From: Paramecium tetraurelia
Taxonomy: Eukaryota
Length of the DNA: 64,000 nucleotides
Reading direction: 5' to 3'
NCBI GenBank assembly: GCA_000165425.1
Contig: CT868574.1
Location: forward strand, 310,001 to 374,000
Shown here: positions 13,026 through 24,896 of the stretch, piece after piece
Numbering within the stretch: position 1 is the stretch's first letter
How the letters are laid out: each line of letters starts with the position of its first letter
The notes under the pieces: generated by a model
Databases searched by the model: none
Seen by the model: only the letters and a program-made list of their open reading frames with translations
What the model was told of the DNA's origin: nothing
Position numbers and translations under genes: made by a program

Positions 13026-15949
13026 TCAAACATTAAGGTCTAGAATTTGTAGAACCTCTTTACAAGTGTTTTTGACTAAATTGAAAGAAACTTGGAATTA
13101 TGCAATTCCTTCTTAGCCTAAGTCTGTTGGTTCAAGTCTGTGATCTCAAAATTAAAATGAACAGTTTACTTTTCATAGTGCATATGGCTGGATCAGTAAA
13201 GCAACACTTTACACCTTAGATATCGCATATCAGATAATTAAAATTACTCTTAACAAAAGAATAAACAGAAAACGAATTTGCAATTTTGTTTAAATCGCTG
13301 TTCTCTTAATTTACATACCCATAGTTATTATTATATTTAACAAACTCTCCTTCAAAATATCTCTCAGCAATCCAATGATTACCTATTTTCAAAAATTAAT
13401 TTACCCCTAGCATCCAAAAATATTAGAAGATCTGAATATAATACTTATGGATATCGCTTTTTGATATTCTTTTTGGCTATGGCATCATCTAAATCACGAT
13501 TGAATTTCTTCATCCATTTCTAAGTAATTAAATGTGTTAAACACTCCTGGACAGCACTTTAAAATGTTTTAAAAGGCTTCAAATCATTAGGAGTCTTGCA
13601 AACATAAAGTTCCTTTTATTTCGTAGCATTTTAATGTGTTCTAATCATCAAATAAGCTGATTTCATGGCACCTTGAGCAAATGGATCTTTTGACCTTAGA
13701 CATGACCATTAACCTTCTTCAATTTACTTGAAATCATCAACTCCTATGGTCTAGATTTCTAAATATTTCTAATTGAATATTTAATCGCTAAATTCTATTC
13801 TATAGACTCTAAATGTTTCAAGAACGAAATCATTTTAATTTGGTTGCTGTCTTATTAACAAAATGCAAAGAACTTCAACAGGATTCTACTGTTCCTTAGC
13901 TCCCTTGGTTCCAGGATTTTCGATGGGTACTTTTCCACGATTTTTTACTTTGGTGGTTCTTACGTTAGTTTAAGTGGCAGTTTAGGACACTTTTGTCAAT
14001 ACTCCCACAAGTTCTTCGAAAATCTTATCAGGTTATGCATTTCTTAAATCGTAATGGAAATAGTATTCTTCCTTATCATGTTTTCGATAGATATTTCTAA
14101 TTTATGTAAACATTTTATTGGTGTGATTAGTAAAAAGGATTCCAATAAAGAAGATATCATTCTAAATCATTAATTCAATAGCCCCAGTCAAATCATCATC
14201 AGGGTAATTATCTTAGCTTCTATCAAACTCATGGAAATTTGTTCCATGACAAGGAGCATCACAAATTAACATAGCAATTCTGAACTAAGTTTTCCACTTA
14301 AGATTATTGATCATCTGCCTTATGGCTCCATCTATATCTTCAGGAGCATCACCTCCTCCTCCACATTTAACGGCTGACAAATAGTTTGCTACTTCTTCAG
14401 CTTGATCAGTAAATTACAATTATTAATAAGCCCCTAATTTTTTTAGTTCAGCTTTATCTTAATAACAAATTAGGGACCATAAAGTGTCTCTTTGAGTTTA
14501 TTTTTTAACTGAGAGCATACTTAGTAAAACGCATAACTCTGCCTACTTTTTGTAAGGATTCATGGAACTATACATTATGAATATATGATTACTCAGTGCA
14601 ATCCATCAAAAAACATATTTCAAGTAATCCATGAGTTTATTAAAACTTCTATTGCAATTCCTAAAGTTATTTAGCCCTTGCTTATTTATTAAGTTCTTCT
14701 AACTAAGCCTACTCTTACTTTTTTTGGTTCATCATTATTTTAGAATTTGTTTTCTCCTATTATTTCGCCTAAAAAGAATTATCCTTTATCTATCTCACAA
14801 GCATTTGATCATTTTGTTGTAACTTTTAGTACTCATTTGGTAATTCAAATTTACCTTGATTAAGTAGTTCTTCTTCTTATTAAATTATTCTATCTTTTCC
14901 TTACAGACTATTTTCTTATCTACTAATTTCTAATTTTTATTGCTCAATATCTTCTTAACTATTTTTAATCTTTTTATCAATTTTCTTTTTTTGATCTCTC
15001 ATCATTGTAATGGTTTGATCTTTCGAAAACATATTTTGTTTAAGTGTTCTCCTTTTTTCTTCCTGTTCCTTTATTTCATCTTGCTTCTTTATAATTTCCT
15101 GATCTAAAGTTTATTATTATTTTTGTAGAGATTCATATTTATCTAGTACATCCGAATTCTTCTACTAAAGTGATAACTTACTTAACTACTATTCTATTGC
15201 TTTATTTTCATTTTCCAATTTGACTATTTCGCTTTATTACATTTGTAGATTTTTCTCCTAGATTTCATTTTGTTTATTATTATTTTGAATCATCTATTCT
15301 TATAACTAATAATATTCCTATTTTTATTTAATTTCAATCATAAGTTACGATTTTTCTTTATGGGATTATTTTATATTTTTTAAAAGATGAGCTATTTCAT
15401 TATCTTTTTGAAATTTTTATTAAAATATTTCATCCTCAAGATTTCTATTACTTTATCTAAGTTCTTTTAATTCTTATTCCAATGTCTCCAGTTTCGTGTT
15501 TAAATCATTTACTTCAATTCGATCATTATAAAGGGTTTAATTTACCTAAGAAGCCTTCTAATTTTATTATTCAAGCAAACTTTCTTTCTATTCAATTTTG
15601 ATATCTTGAATAAAGGTATAAAATACTTAGATCTGACTCGTTAATTTATACAAACTAAACTGGATTAGTGGAAGGTGCTATTAGAAATAAAAGGAACTCT
15701 TACGAGGATTATATGTTGGGTGTTAAACATTCTACACAATAAAATTAGGTTATCCAATTCCTTGTTACGCTTAAGTTGCTTTATTTGATCCAGGTATAGG
15801 TAATCCAGAAGGTTATTACTATGTTATTTAAATCCTTTTACATTATTATTTCCTCCCTATAATGGTGTGAAGATAGGTTATTAGTTCTAATTACCTTAAT
15901 TCGGAAACTAGACTTAGGATGGCTTAAATTATTGGCTTGCCTTATCCAT
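13026..15949 (-). CDS. Coiled-coil + vWA + alpha-kinase (VwkA-like), copy 2
   Basis: ICFLMDCTDSM, GGGGDAPED, ICDAPCHG; DPFAQGAMKSAYLM, WIAERYFEGEFVKYNNN, ICDIQG...FTDPAI. Confidence 0.88.
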
Positions 15950-16335
15950 TTAAATTAGATATTTGCAGAATAATTGTTACTTTTATTATTTATGTGAGGT
16001 TTTGCACTGATAGAATTAATAAAAAAACCAAATGATTATAATTAACGCTTCGATGAAATAATGGATATACTTCATAAAAAGAAAACACAGAACTAGCAAT
16101 TCATTTAAACTAATAAATTATGGGAAAATTCCTCATGCTCCCCATTAAATTTAAGTCAATGATTGCAAGCACTAATTGAGATCTAGAGCGAAATGCAATA
16201 TTTTAAGTTCTCAAAACACACTTTGTTTAAGTATTAAAGAAGACACTGTGAAAAGTAAGTGATGGCAAAAGGGGCTTGAAAGGTAGAGTTCTTGTATGAA
16301 AAATGAAGATTAAATATAAATAAATATTATTTTTT

Positions 16336-18437
16336 ATGGAAGCTATTACACAACTCAAAAAATTTATGTATGTCATTTCATATTATAAATGCAAGTGGTC
16401 ATCATTTTAATGTGAAGAGTTTTCATAGGTATATGATCAACAATGACATCTCAGACATTGAAACCCTGATTAAATTTTGTTAATTGGACAATACTGGATA
16501 GAGATTCAATTTATGGAGATTGTTTTTTAAGTATTTTGTAGATTCAATTTAGCGTCTACACATTAGAAGACACTGTCTATGATAAGATAGCCAAGTTAAC
16601 CAAAACAAGAGAGACCTATAAATAATTAGAGCAAAAGCATTCAAGATCTTAAGATGTGTCATCAACAACTAAAATTGAAGATTAACCTAAAAAAGGTCCA
16701 TTGGGTGGACCATTAGGAGGTCCTTTAGGTGGTCCATTAGGTGGCGGATCTAAAATAAAGGCATCAACTTAAAATCCAATGGAAGATGCTGAATTAAGAA
16801 ATGAGATAAGAAAGGATGTCGAAAGAACATATCAAGAGATTCAATTTTTTGCTAATAAAAAAGTATTGCAAATCTTGACAAGTGTATTGTTTATATGGAG
16901 CAAAGAAAATAGTGAAATTTCATATAGATAAGGGATGAATGAGGTTGCAGCTTCTTTGATTCACGTGTATTTCCAAGAAGCTCTTTACTCAGATGAAATT
17001 GATAAGATTCAAGGAGTATGAATTTATATATCATGAAGGCAACAGAGGAAGACAAGCAAATCTTGCTAGAATTTAATTCATGGGAATATGCAGAAGCTGA
17101 CATCTACACTCTATTTTAGAAATTGATGAATGATGCACAACATATGGAAATGTTCAGACCCAATTATACTGAAGCTTAAAAAATAAAATTGCAAAGCAAA
17201 AAGCCAAGTGCCATTTTGACAAGAGTCTCTAAAATATAAGACATTCTATTGAAATAAGTTGAAATGCCTATGTTTAGACATCTCAAATTGTTGCAAGTGG
17301 AATTCCAAATATTCTTATTAAAATGGATAAGGTATTAAAATATAAGAAATTATATAGATGTATGTTTACAAGAGAATTACATTTATTAGAATCATTTAAA
17401 GCTTGGGATGCAATTTTCTATGACTTTTATGAATAAAAAACAGAAACATTGTTCTTTGTTGACTGCATAGCAATTGCAATGATATTGTATGTTAAATAAC
17501 CAAGTAACTTGTTAGTATTTAATATTAGTAATGGAAATGGAAGATTCCAGTTAATGTTATCAAAGGTTTCTCAAATATCCACCAGTTTCTAATTTGCCAG
17601 CTCTACTTGAGTCAGCAATAAATGTGAGAGCTATCTTATTGAATTAAAAGTCTGCAACTAATTTAGACGATTAAAATGAATCAAATCAGCCCTCTATATA
17701 TTCAGATAGACAATTCAACCCTGTTTTTTTTGCTTAAATCACAGACAAAGTGGATGGAGTGGATGCTAAGGTTGTTAAGATTACTTCTGAAAAACCACAA
17801 TTTAGAATGAAGGGGGATGTAGATTTAGTCTACAAAGATGAAACCTCTCCAGATAAATCAAATTAAAATCAGTAATAATTTATTAATCCCTTATAACCAA
17901 AGTAAGTACCTCAACAATAAAAACCACAGCAATTCTATCAATAGTAATAACCTTAATAACAAATACAGTAGTAGTAATCTTAACCATCAAATTAAACAAC
18001 CTAAAGTAGCAATTAATCTTCAATTACTACCAATTTCTTCGATTCTAGTTTATCTAGTACAAATACTAAAACTATTAAAACATAATTCTAAGTAGAAGAG
18101 CAATCTCAATAAGTTAAAAAAGATAAAGCATCAGCTCCAGTGAAGAATGCTATTTCGATCCCAATTTCATAGGCTGAAGAGATGTTTAACACCTTAGAAG
18201 AGACTCTAAAGTTCATGAAATCATTTAAAGATAAGTATAATAGCATCGTTATTGTAGTTCAAACTATTAGGATTTGATAAGGAACTTGACAGAAATGAAA
18301 GATTATTTTGAAACTTCGCTTAAGTACTTTAGCAAATTAATATTTTTAGTGATAATTCATCGAGTTAATAATAAAATTAATAGGATGATAGTAGTTTATC
18401 TAATAAAGTAATAGGATTCCTAAAGAAAAAAAAGTGA
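16336..18437 (+). CDS. TBC-domain Rab GTPase-activating protein, TBC1D5-like
   Basis: R-finger ELRNEIRKDVERTYQEIQFF; Q-finger SYRQGMNEVAA; EADIYTLF; FLLKWIRCMFTRE. Confidence 0.88.
16695..16742 (+). repeat. 4 x 12-bp coding repeat (GPLG)4
   Basis: ggtccattgggt / ggaccattagga / ggtcctttaggt / ggtccattaggt. Confidence 0.9.
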
Positions 18438-18659
18438 ATTAAATGGTCTATTATTTAATATTTTTAAATATAATATATTGGCAGAGTAATTTATAAACTC
18501 CGAATTTAAATATTTAACTTTTTAAGTTTATGAATGTATTGGTAGGAATATTGAAAATAAATGAGAATTTTAATACAAAAATTTAAATCTCTTCATTGCT
18601 TTCATTATTTGAACTGAAATGGTTGAAATTTCATGGGGAGATGAATCTGAGCATCATCT

Positions 18660-19207
18660 TCAGGGGCATTTGAAATAGAGTTTACATCTTATAAGATTTC
18701 GTTTTTTTTAAATTTATACTATCCGAAACTGATCTCATTGGAAGAAGAATTTAATAATAAGGGATTAAGTTATTTTTAGTTTTAAGTGTAGAGTTAGGAA
18801 GTTTTGAATAGATTTGGCACAGTTCTACTACTTTATCTTTGGCTTTCCTGTGGTTCAGATTATTGAGGAGTACATATGGATTGTCTTGAATTATTTTCTC
18901 TAGTTTTTGGTGCTTACTCGTAGTTTCTTTTAATTTTCCTTTCAGACAATTGTTTTTGTAATTATTATCGATAAGAATAGAATTGGCTATCCTCTTTTTG
19001 AGTATTTGAGGTGATTTAGGACTAATTGTTGGAATCTTGTCCAGAAACAGTAAGCATACTAAGCATCATATTGTTAGAGACATATAGATCATGAATTGAA
19101 TTATTATTAGTTTCTGGAGGTTTTGAGTTGATGGTGCTTAGAGATGAGTTTTTGTGATGTAAAGTATCGTTGGTTTTAGAATATGTCCTAGAAACGCAAT
19201 AAATCAT
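18660..19207 (-). CDS. Hypothetical low-complexity protein
   Basis: ATG 19207, long open frame in the ciliate code; 3' end depends on an inferred intron. Confidence 0.45.
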
Positions 19208-19263
19208 GGTATATTAATTTATTAAGAAGAAATTAAATAATCATGAATATAAAAAATGTTATC

Positions 19264-19680
19264 TCACGATTAGTCGGTTCTATAATATTGTTTTTTAAAG
19301 GAGAAAGGTTCCAATGATTTTGGTTTTATATTTGGTCTATCATCAGGAACTTAATCATAGTCCTAATTGCTCGAAGATTCATCTGACAATCTAGTTGTAT
19401 CATCGTCTTCTTGTTGTTCTTCGAGTTATTCTTCAACCTATGATAACTAATGACTGGAAGATGATTAATCCTCATCTTCGCTCAATCGAATAATGTAATA
19501 TCTGGGAGGAGCACTCTACATTCTTTTTTTAAATTATTCCAACTCCTAATCATCTTCATTGTCTTGCACTTCCTCCTCCTCTGAAAGGTCTTCTTTTTTG
19601 ACAGTTTCTTGTTATTGGGAAGACCACAGATTTGTCCGTTTCATATTATTAGTATTCCACCTGGATCTTTGTGATTGCAT
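19264..19680 (-). CDS. Hypothetical acidic protein (~138 aa)
   Basis: ATG 19680 to in-frame TGA 19264; E/D-rich. Confidence 0.6.
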
Positions 19681-19793
19681 TCTGCAGCAATAAAATATCA
19701 TTGTAAATTAAAAATATTATACACATTTGAAATAAAAGTTGGTGATGGTTTGATTAATAGTTTAATAATATTTCAATAGTATCAATACATATC

Positions 19794-21437
19794 TCATTTA
19801 TAGACAATCAAGATGTTGGATTCAATGTTTTTTAAATGAAAATGCTCCAATGTTGTGAATCTAGATATGGATTTCATCATTTGCAATTAGATCTAGATTA
19901 TCAAAAGACCCATAAAATTGATTGACTTCCTCAATCTGTTATTCTTTCATAGTTTTGCCAGCTTGTTTGCAAAATGTAGTGAATTTCAATACTTGATTTT
20001 GAGACATGACTGAAAGGCTTTTGAGATCCTTTCTCTGTTTCTTCACATTCAGAAAAGGAGTATGGTTCTGATTGTCTCCATCATTTTCATCCTCCTCAAT
20101 CTAACTAAGATCATAATTCATCAATCTAGTAGTTCCTGCACTCCCTCTGCTTAAGTACTGAATGATTAATGATATAATACCCCTCTGCTTTTTCTTTCGA
20201 GTCCTGATTGCTTATCTGGAGATTAACTGTCTAGATCAGGCACATTAAGAAAGGAAACCTGACTTTTCTGTTGAGTCTGTTAGACTAATTGTAAGGGTGG
20301 CAGTTATTATTATTTAGATTCGTGAACAATTGAATGTTCTTTGGTAATAGAAATCCTTGGTTTTTTGTCGGTTGTTCTTTTTTGTGAATTAGATCTTCTT
20401 GATTTCTTAGATTTCATTTCAGGTAACTTCTCCCAATCAAAAGAGATGTTGTCCATGTACTCTAAATCACCTAATGCTTTTGAAAATTACTCTTTTATGT
20501 ATGCATAATTAGGTTATTCAGTATATTCCCTAGATTTAGCATGTTGTAATAATAAATAATAGCATTTAGGTAGATTATCACACAACTTCTCATGAGAAAT
20601 AGATTGTTTTTATTCAAGTATTTTGCTATATTTTATTGATTTATCTTGGATAGGCAAGTTCATCCATGGTAATTTCCCTTTATTCAGATAAATGAGTACA
20701 TATGCCAAGGATTCCAAGTCGTCTCTTCTCGATTACTCTCTACCTAAAATTACACTTAATATATCTCACCTAAATGTGCTCCAATACTCGCATATCTGGC
20801 AGTCCCTATTATACCCTTCTTCTCAATCATAGGAATATGATTTCCATGATTATCTTTGTAATATTTCGACAATCCAAAATCAATCAGATACACCACATCA
20901 ATGTCTTACCATCCTATCACTATATTCTCCGGTTTCAAATCTCTATGAATCAAATTCTTCAAATGCAATTGCTCCAATCTCTCCAATAATTGTAATCCTA
21001 TCCTCAGACAATTTATTTATGAGAACTTCTTGGTTTTTCTTATCAAGTTCTCCAAATTCTAACCCAAGTATGTAATCATGAAGAAATTGTAATTCTCATC
21101 CCTTCCGTAATGCAGAATCTATGGAAACCCTTCCATAATGCAATTTAATACCTGCGATCCCTTTCAGTTCCAACAAAATCTTTATTTCCCTCACCAACAA
21201 ACTCATACTATTTTTCTGCGATTCTCGCTTTTCAAATTTAGATGCACAGATTTCCCCTGTCTCTATATTTTCAGTCTTAAAAATCGATCCAAAACTACCT
21301 TGTCCTACTTTCTCAATCAACTTGAATCTTCCTGCTATAATCTATCCTGGGTATAGTAATTTCTACTGGAATTACTCTTATTAAGAAGTAGGATTATGAG
21401 TTTGATGTTTCTTTTCCTTTCTTATAGGTGATTTCAT
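19794..21437 (-). CDS. Casein kinase 1 family Ser/Thr kinase
   Basis: [41 protein letters not shown]. Confidence 0.9.
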
Positions 21438-21683
21438 TATATATAAATTTATATTGATTTCTTTATAATTAAATTTATTCAGCTTTCCATCCTTCTCCAG
21501 TCCTTCGAATATCTACCTTTACTTCTATGATAACTCTCAACATATCACCAAATTCTTAGTCTTTGTTGATTAATCAATACTAAATATATTAATATTTAAA
21601 ACAATTAAATATTAGATTATCATCCATTTTACTTACAAATAACAAACCTAGTTAAATGTAGTCTAATAAATTATCCAAATACC

Positions 21684-22579
21684 ATGTCAATCAAATTACA
21701 TCAAATTCAATTATCATCAAAACCATATTCTAATCCTTCAATTTATAATACCGAATAAACACCTTCAAGAATCTCATAATAGTAAGTTATCAATTAACTA
21801 GTTATCATTTAATTAAAATCAAAAGGAATTAATTGAAATGTAGAGATATGTCTATTGACCTTCTTCTATATCAATTGTAGTTATTGTATATTGATTTCTA
21901 TCTTGTCTAATTTTAAGATTACCTTATCTTAAATATCAAAAAATACTTTATTTTAAATCCATTGATCAAATGATATAAATAAAACTGTTCCTGAAATACA
22001 TAAAAAATTAGGTTAGACCAAGGAACAACTAAATTTATCATTTAAAAACCTTATACAGTTTTAGTAAATAAGGGATATAATTTATCACTCAATATTTGAT
22101 AGCACTCTATTTTTATTCAATTTATAGTAAAGTATCTTTACTGTCGCTTAGCCATCAAGACTCAAGAAAATAAAAATATTTTAAAATCAACCCTGTTCTA
22201 TAATTCATTATTTTTGAGTTAGCAATATAGAAATAACATATCTGAAAGATAACACTTTTCAAAGATCCTTGAGATATTTTTAAGATTTTTTAAAATTCAA
22301 GAATTGCATAAATACCAGCAATCAGGTTAAAATTATGACTTTAATTTAAACAAGAATTGACTTATCGAATACTCTTTAGACTCCATATATAAGAATAAAG
22401 GTCTCATTATTTGGGTATTAGAGTTCTGTATTATTTTGAGCTCAAATTTTATCAACTTAATTTTTGACGTCACAAAAGAAATGAATGACCTTCTAGAATC
22501 AGATGCGCTACAATAATGGAAGCATGCTATCACTAAACTTATTACATCCACTTATCATACCATTCCGATCTTTTATTGA
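21684..22579 (+). CDS. Hypothetical protein
   Basis: ATG 21684, coding-like composition, putative tiny introns; end uncertain. Confidence 0.35.
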
Positions 22580-22855
22580 AGAACACAGGATATTAGATTA
22601 CAAAGTCTTCCATAATGTTTTGATTAATTATATATTATGTATATTATCTCTGAAATGATGACTACTTGTATGGTTATGGATATTGAAGAATGATAGTGGA
22701 TAATGAATAAAATACGCACCTAAGTTCTTGTTTCCAATCATATAAGATTTGATATTGCTATAATTTAAACATTTGATTGCAAAAGCAGATTAATTATTTA
22801 ACAATTTTCCTATATGAATTCTCATATTTATCTGACAAAACACTAAATACATGAA

Positions 22856-23647
22856 ATGTTTGTAGATTCCAGCCAAGCGTTGGCTTCGCCTTCGTTTGTC
22901 GAACCAAATTCTCCTCAAGCAAAAGAGGTATTTGATTTTAAATACAATAAAATAGAAAAGATATTTCTTCCATGAAGAAGTTGTAAGTCCATCAAAGAAG
23001 GATGATAAGTCAACTGAAAACTATTCAAACAGGAAAATAAGTCAGGATTCCATTTTCGATTCTAAGGTAGAAATGAAATTAAGTAATTCTTATATCTTGA
23101 CAGATTAGCTAATAATTAAATATGTCTTGTGAATTTGTTTGAACAATAGAATAAGGATAAGGATAGAGATACAATCACCAAATTACAATAGCAACTATCG
23201 CAATAATCTTAATTGATTCTAAGTTTACAAAGTAAGTTTTGACATTAATTAGATCAAATATAAATTCTGAAGGACTTGAACAAGAAAAACCAGACCAACA
23301 TCTCGGAACTGCTGGGATAGATCAGGAAGTTGGAATAGGAGAATCAATTCTTTTAGGATCAGCTATTGAAAAACAGGCTGAGTTTGTAAGATTAAATCAA
23401 ATAACAATAATAAATAAAAATTGATATGGAAAATACAAAAATCTAACTATTAAATAAGGATTAAATGATTGAATCTCTCCATTAACAATTATCATCCTTT
23501 CGCCAAGATTAAAGCAGATGCAGAGTAGGCAGAAGTCCCAATAGAATAATAGAGCAAATAGTGAACTGCCATCACCCATCAATCTCGTATATCAATTATA
23601 GGATTGCTCCTCAAAGATCGCATTCTAGCAATATCAAGAATTTTTGA
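22856..23647 (+). CDS. Hypothetical coiled-coil protein
   Basis: ATG 22856, several GT-AG introns, Q/L-rich heptads, TGA 23645-23647. Confidence 0.6.
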
Positions 23648-23681
23648 ATTAATCATTCATATGACTATTTTATATCAAATT

Positions 23682-24102
23682 TCACAATTTATAAAATTAA
23701 AGGGCTTTGGTGCTAGTCTTTTCTTCCACTTCATCGAAAATCTTCCTCTTCTGATGCCCAGAACTAGTATACATGCTTTTAGTATTTTGATTTTGATCAT
23801 CGTGGAGACTCTTGCTTAAGTAATGATGATTCTGATGTCTCACACTGACACATTACAATTTACAAAACGATAATTTTTTGGGTATTTGAAAGTTTTGAGG
23901 TTTTTGGTTCTTTGACTATTTCTCTTTTAATATTTACTTATGTTTACATCATTTTATTTAACTCAGAGATTTCCTATTCCAATTAATAAACATATTTTTA
24001 TAGTTATACGCATTATTAGCATTATTCCATCTGATTTTCATAAGGTACACTATCTTCTGAATTAATGAAGGACTAATAAATAGTATCTTCTTTCTCATTC
24101 AT
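23682..24102 (-). CDS. Hypothetical protein
   Basis: MNEKEDTIY... to TGA 23682. Confidence 0.5.
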
Positions 24103-24309
24103 CTTAAATAATTAAAATAATATTAAAGTTTAACATAAAATATAATAATTCCCTTAATTACCTTCTCATCTTATATAGAAAAGACTACATTTGAAGGTAT
24201 ATGCACATTTTTATAGAACCTGAAGATTAAATGATAATGCGACTATTCTAGATCTAAATAGGGATAAGAAGGAATTTGGAATAGAGTAAAGGAACAATTA
24301 AGCTATCTC

Positions 24310-24884
24310 AATTAATTATAATATTTTTGGTCACATAATAGTAATTATTCTATGGCTAAATCAAGCTTTGTATTTTAGATGTTGTTAGTTTTCTCTTCGT
24401 TGCTTAGCTAATATGTCTCTTATTTGTTTATTAGTTTATTCTTTCAGATTTTCCTCAGACTTAAACTTTTCTATGCCATTGTCAATGCTCTTTTAGACTA
24501 TTATTTCGTTTTTGTAGTTATCTTATACGAGGTTCTTCTGAGCCAACGTGGCGAATTTATTAGATTAAGGTTGATTGACTTACGGATTGTGGGCTTGTGG
24601 TGGTTCTTTATTGATATTTTTGTAAGTGATAACAGTGTAGTCTGGAATGACAAATCCTGTTTCAATTCCTACTTTATTAGATACTCTTTAGACTGTCCCT
24701 AAGGATGGGACATCCCAGCCTATACTGAATTGATGATTGTTTTTGCAGTTATCTAGAGTGAAAATAATAATAAGGATACTGCCGAAAACTTTGATCACGT
24801 TCTTTTTCTGACCATCAAAAAAGATCATTGGTACTTGGTGATATGGGTCTCGCGAAGACTACATATTGTGGTTGTACTTACCAT
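24310..24884 (-). CDS. Hypothetical protein; first intron directly after the ATG
   Basis: ATG|gtaagtacaaccacaatatgtag|SSRDPYHQVPMIFFDG...; end approximate. Confidence 0.5.
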
Positions 24885-24896
24885 TTAATGATATAA

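Noticed and set aside
16032..16262. 76-aa open frame between the alpha-kinase and TBC genes
   Set aside because: No motif or homology; with only one stop codon, such frames arise by chance.
22655..22835. ATGATGA...CTGA as a possible C/D snoRNA
   Set aside because: Too long, with no terminal stem or recognisable rRNA guide.
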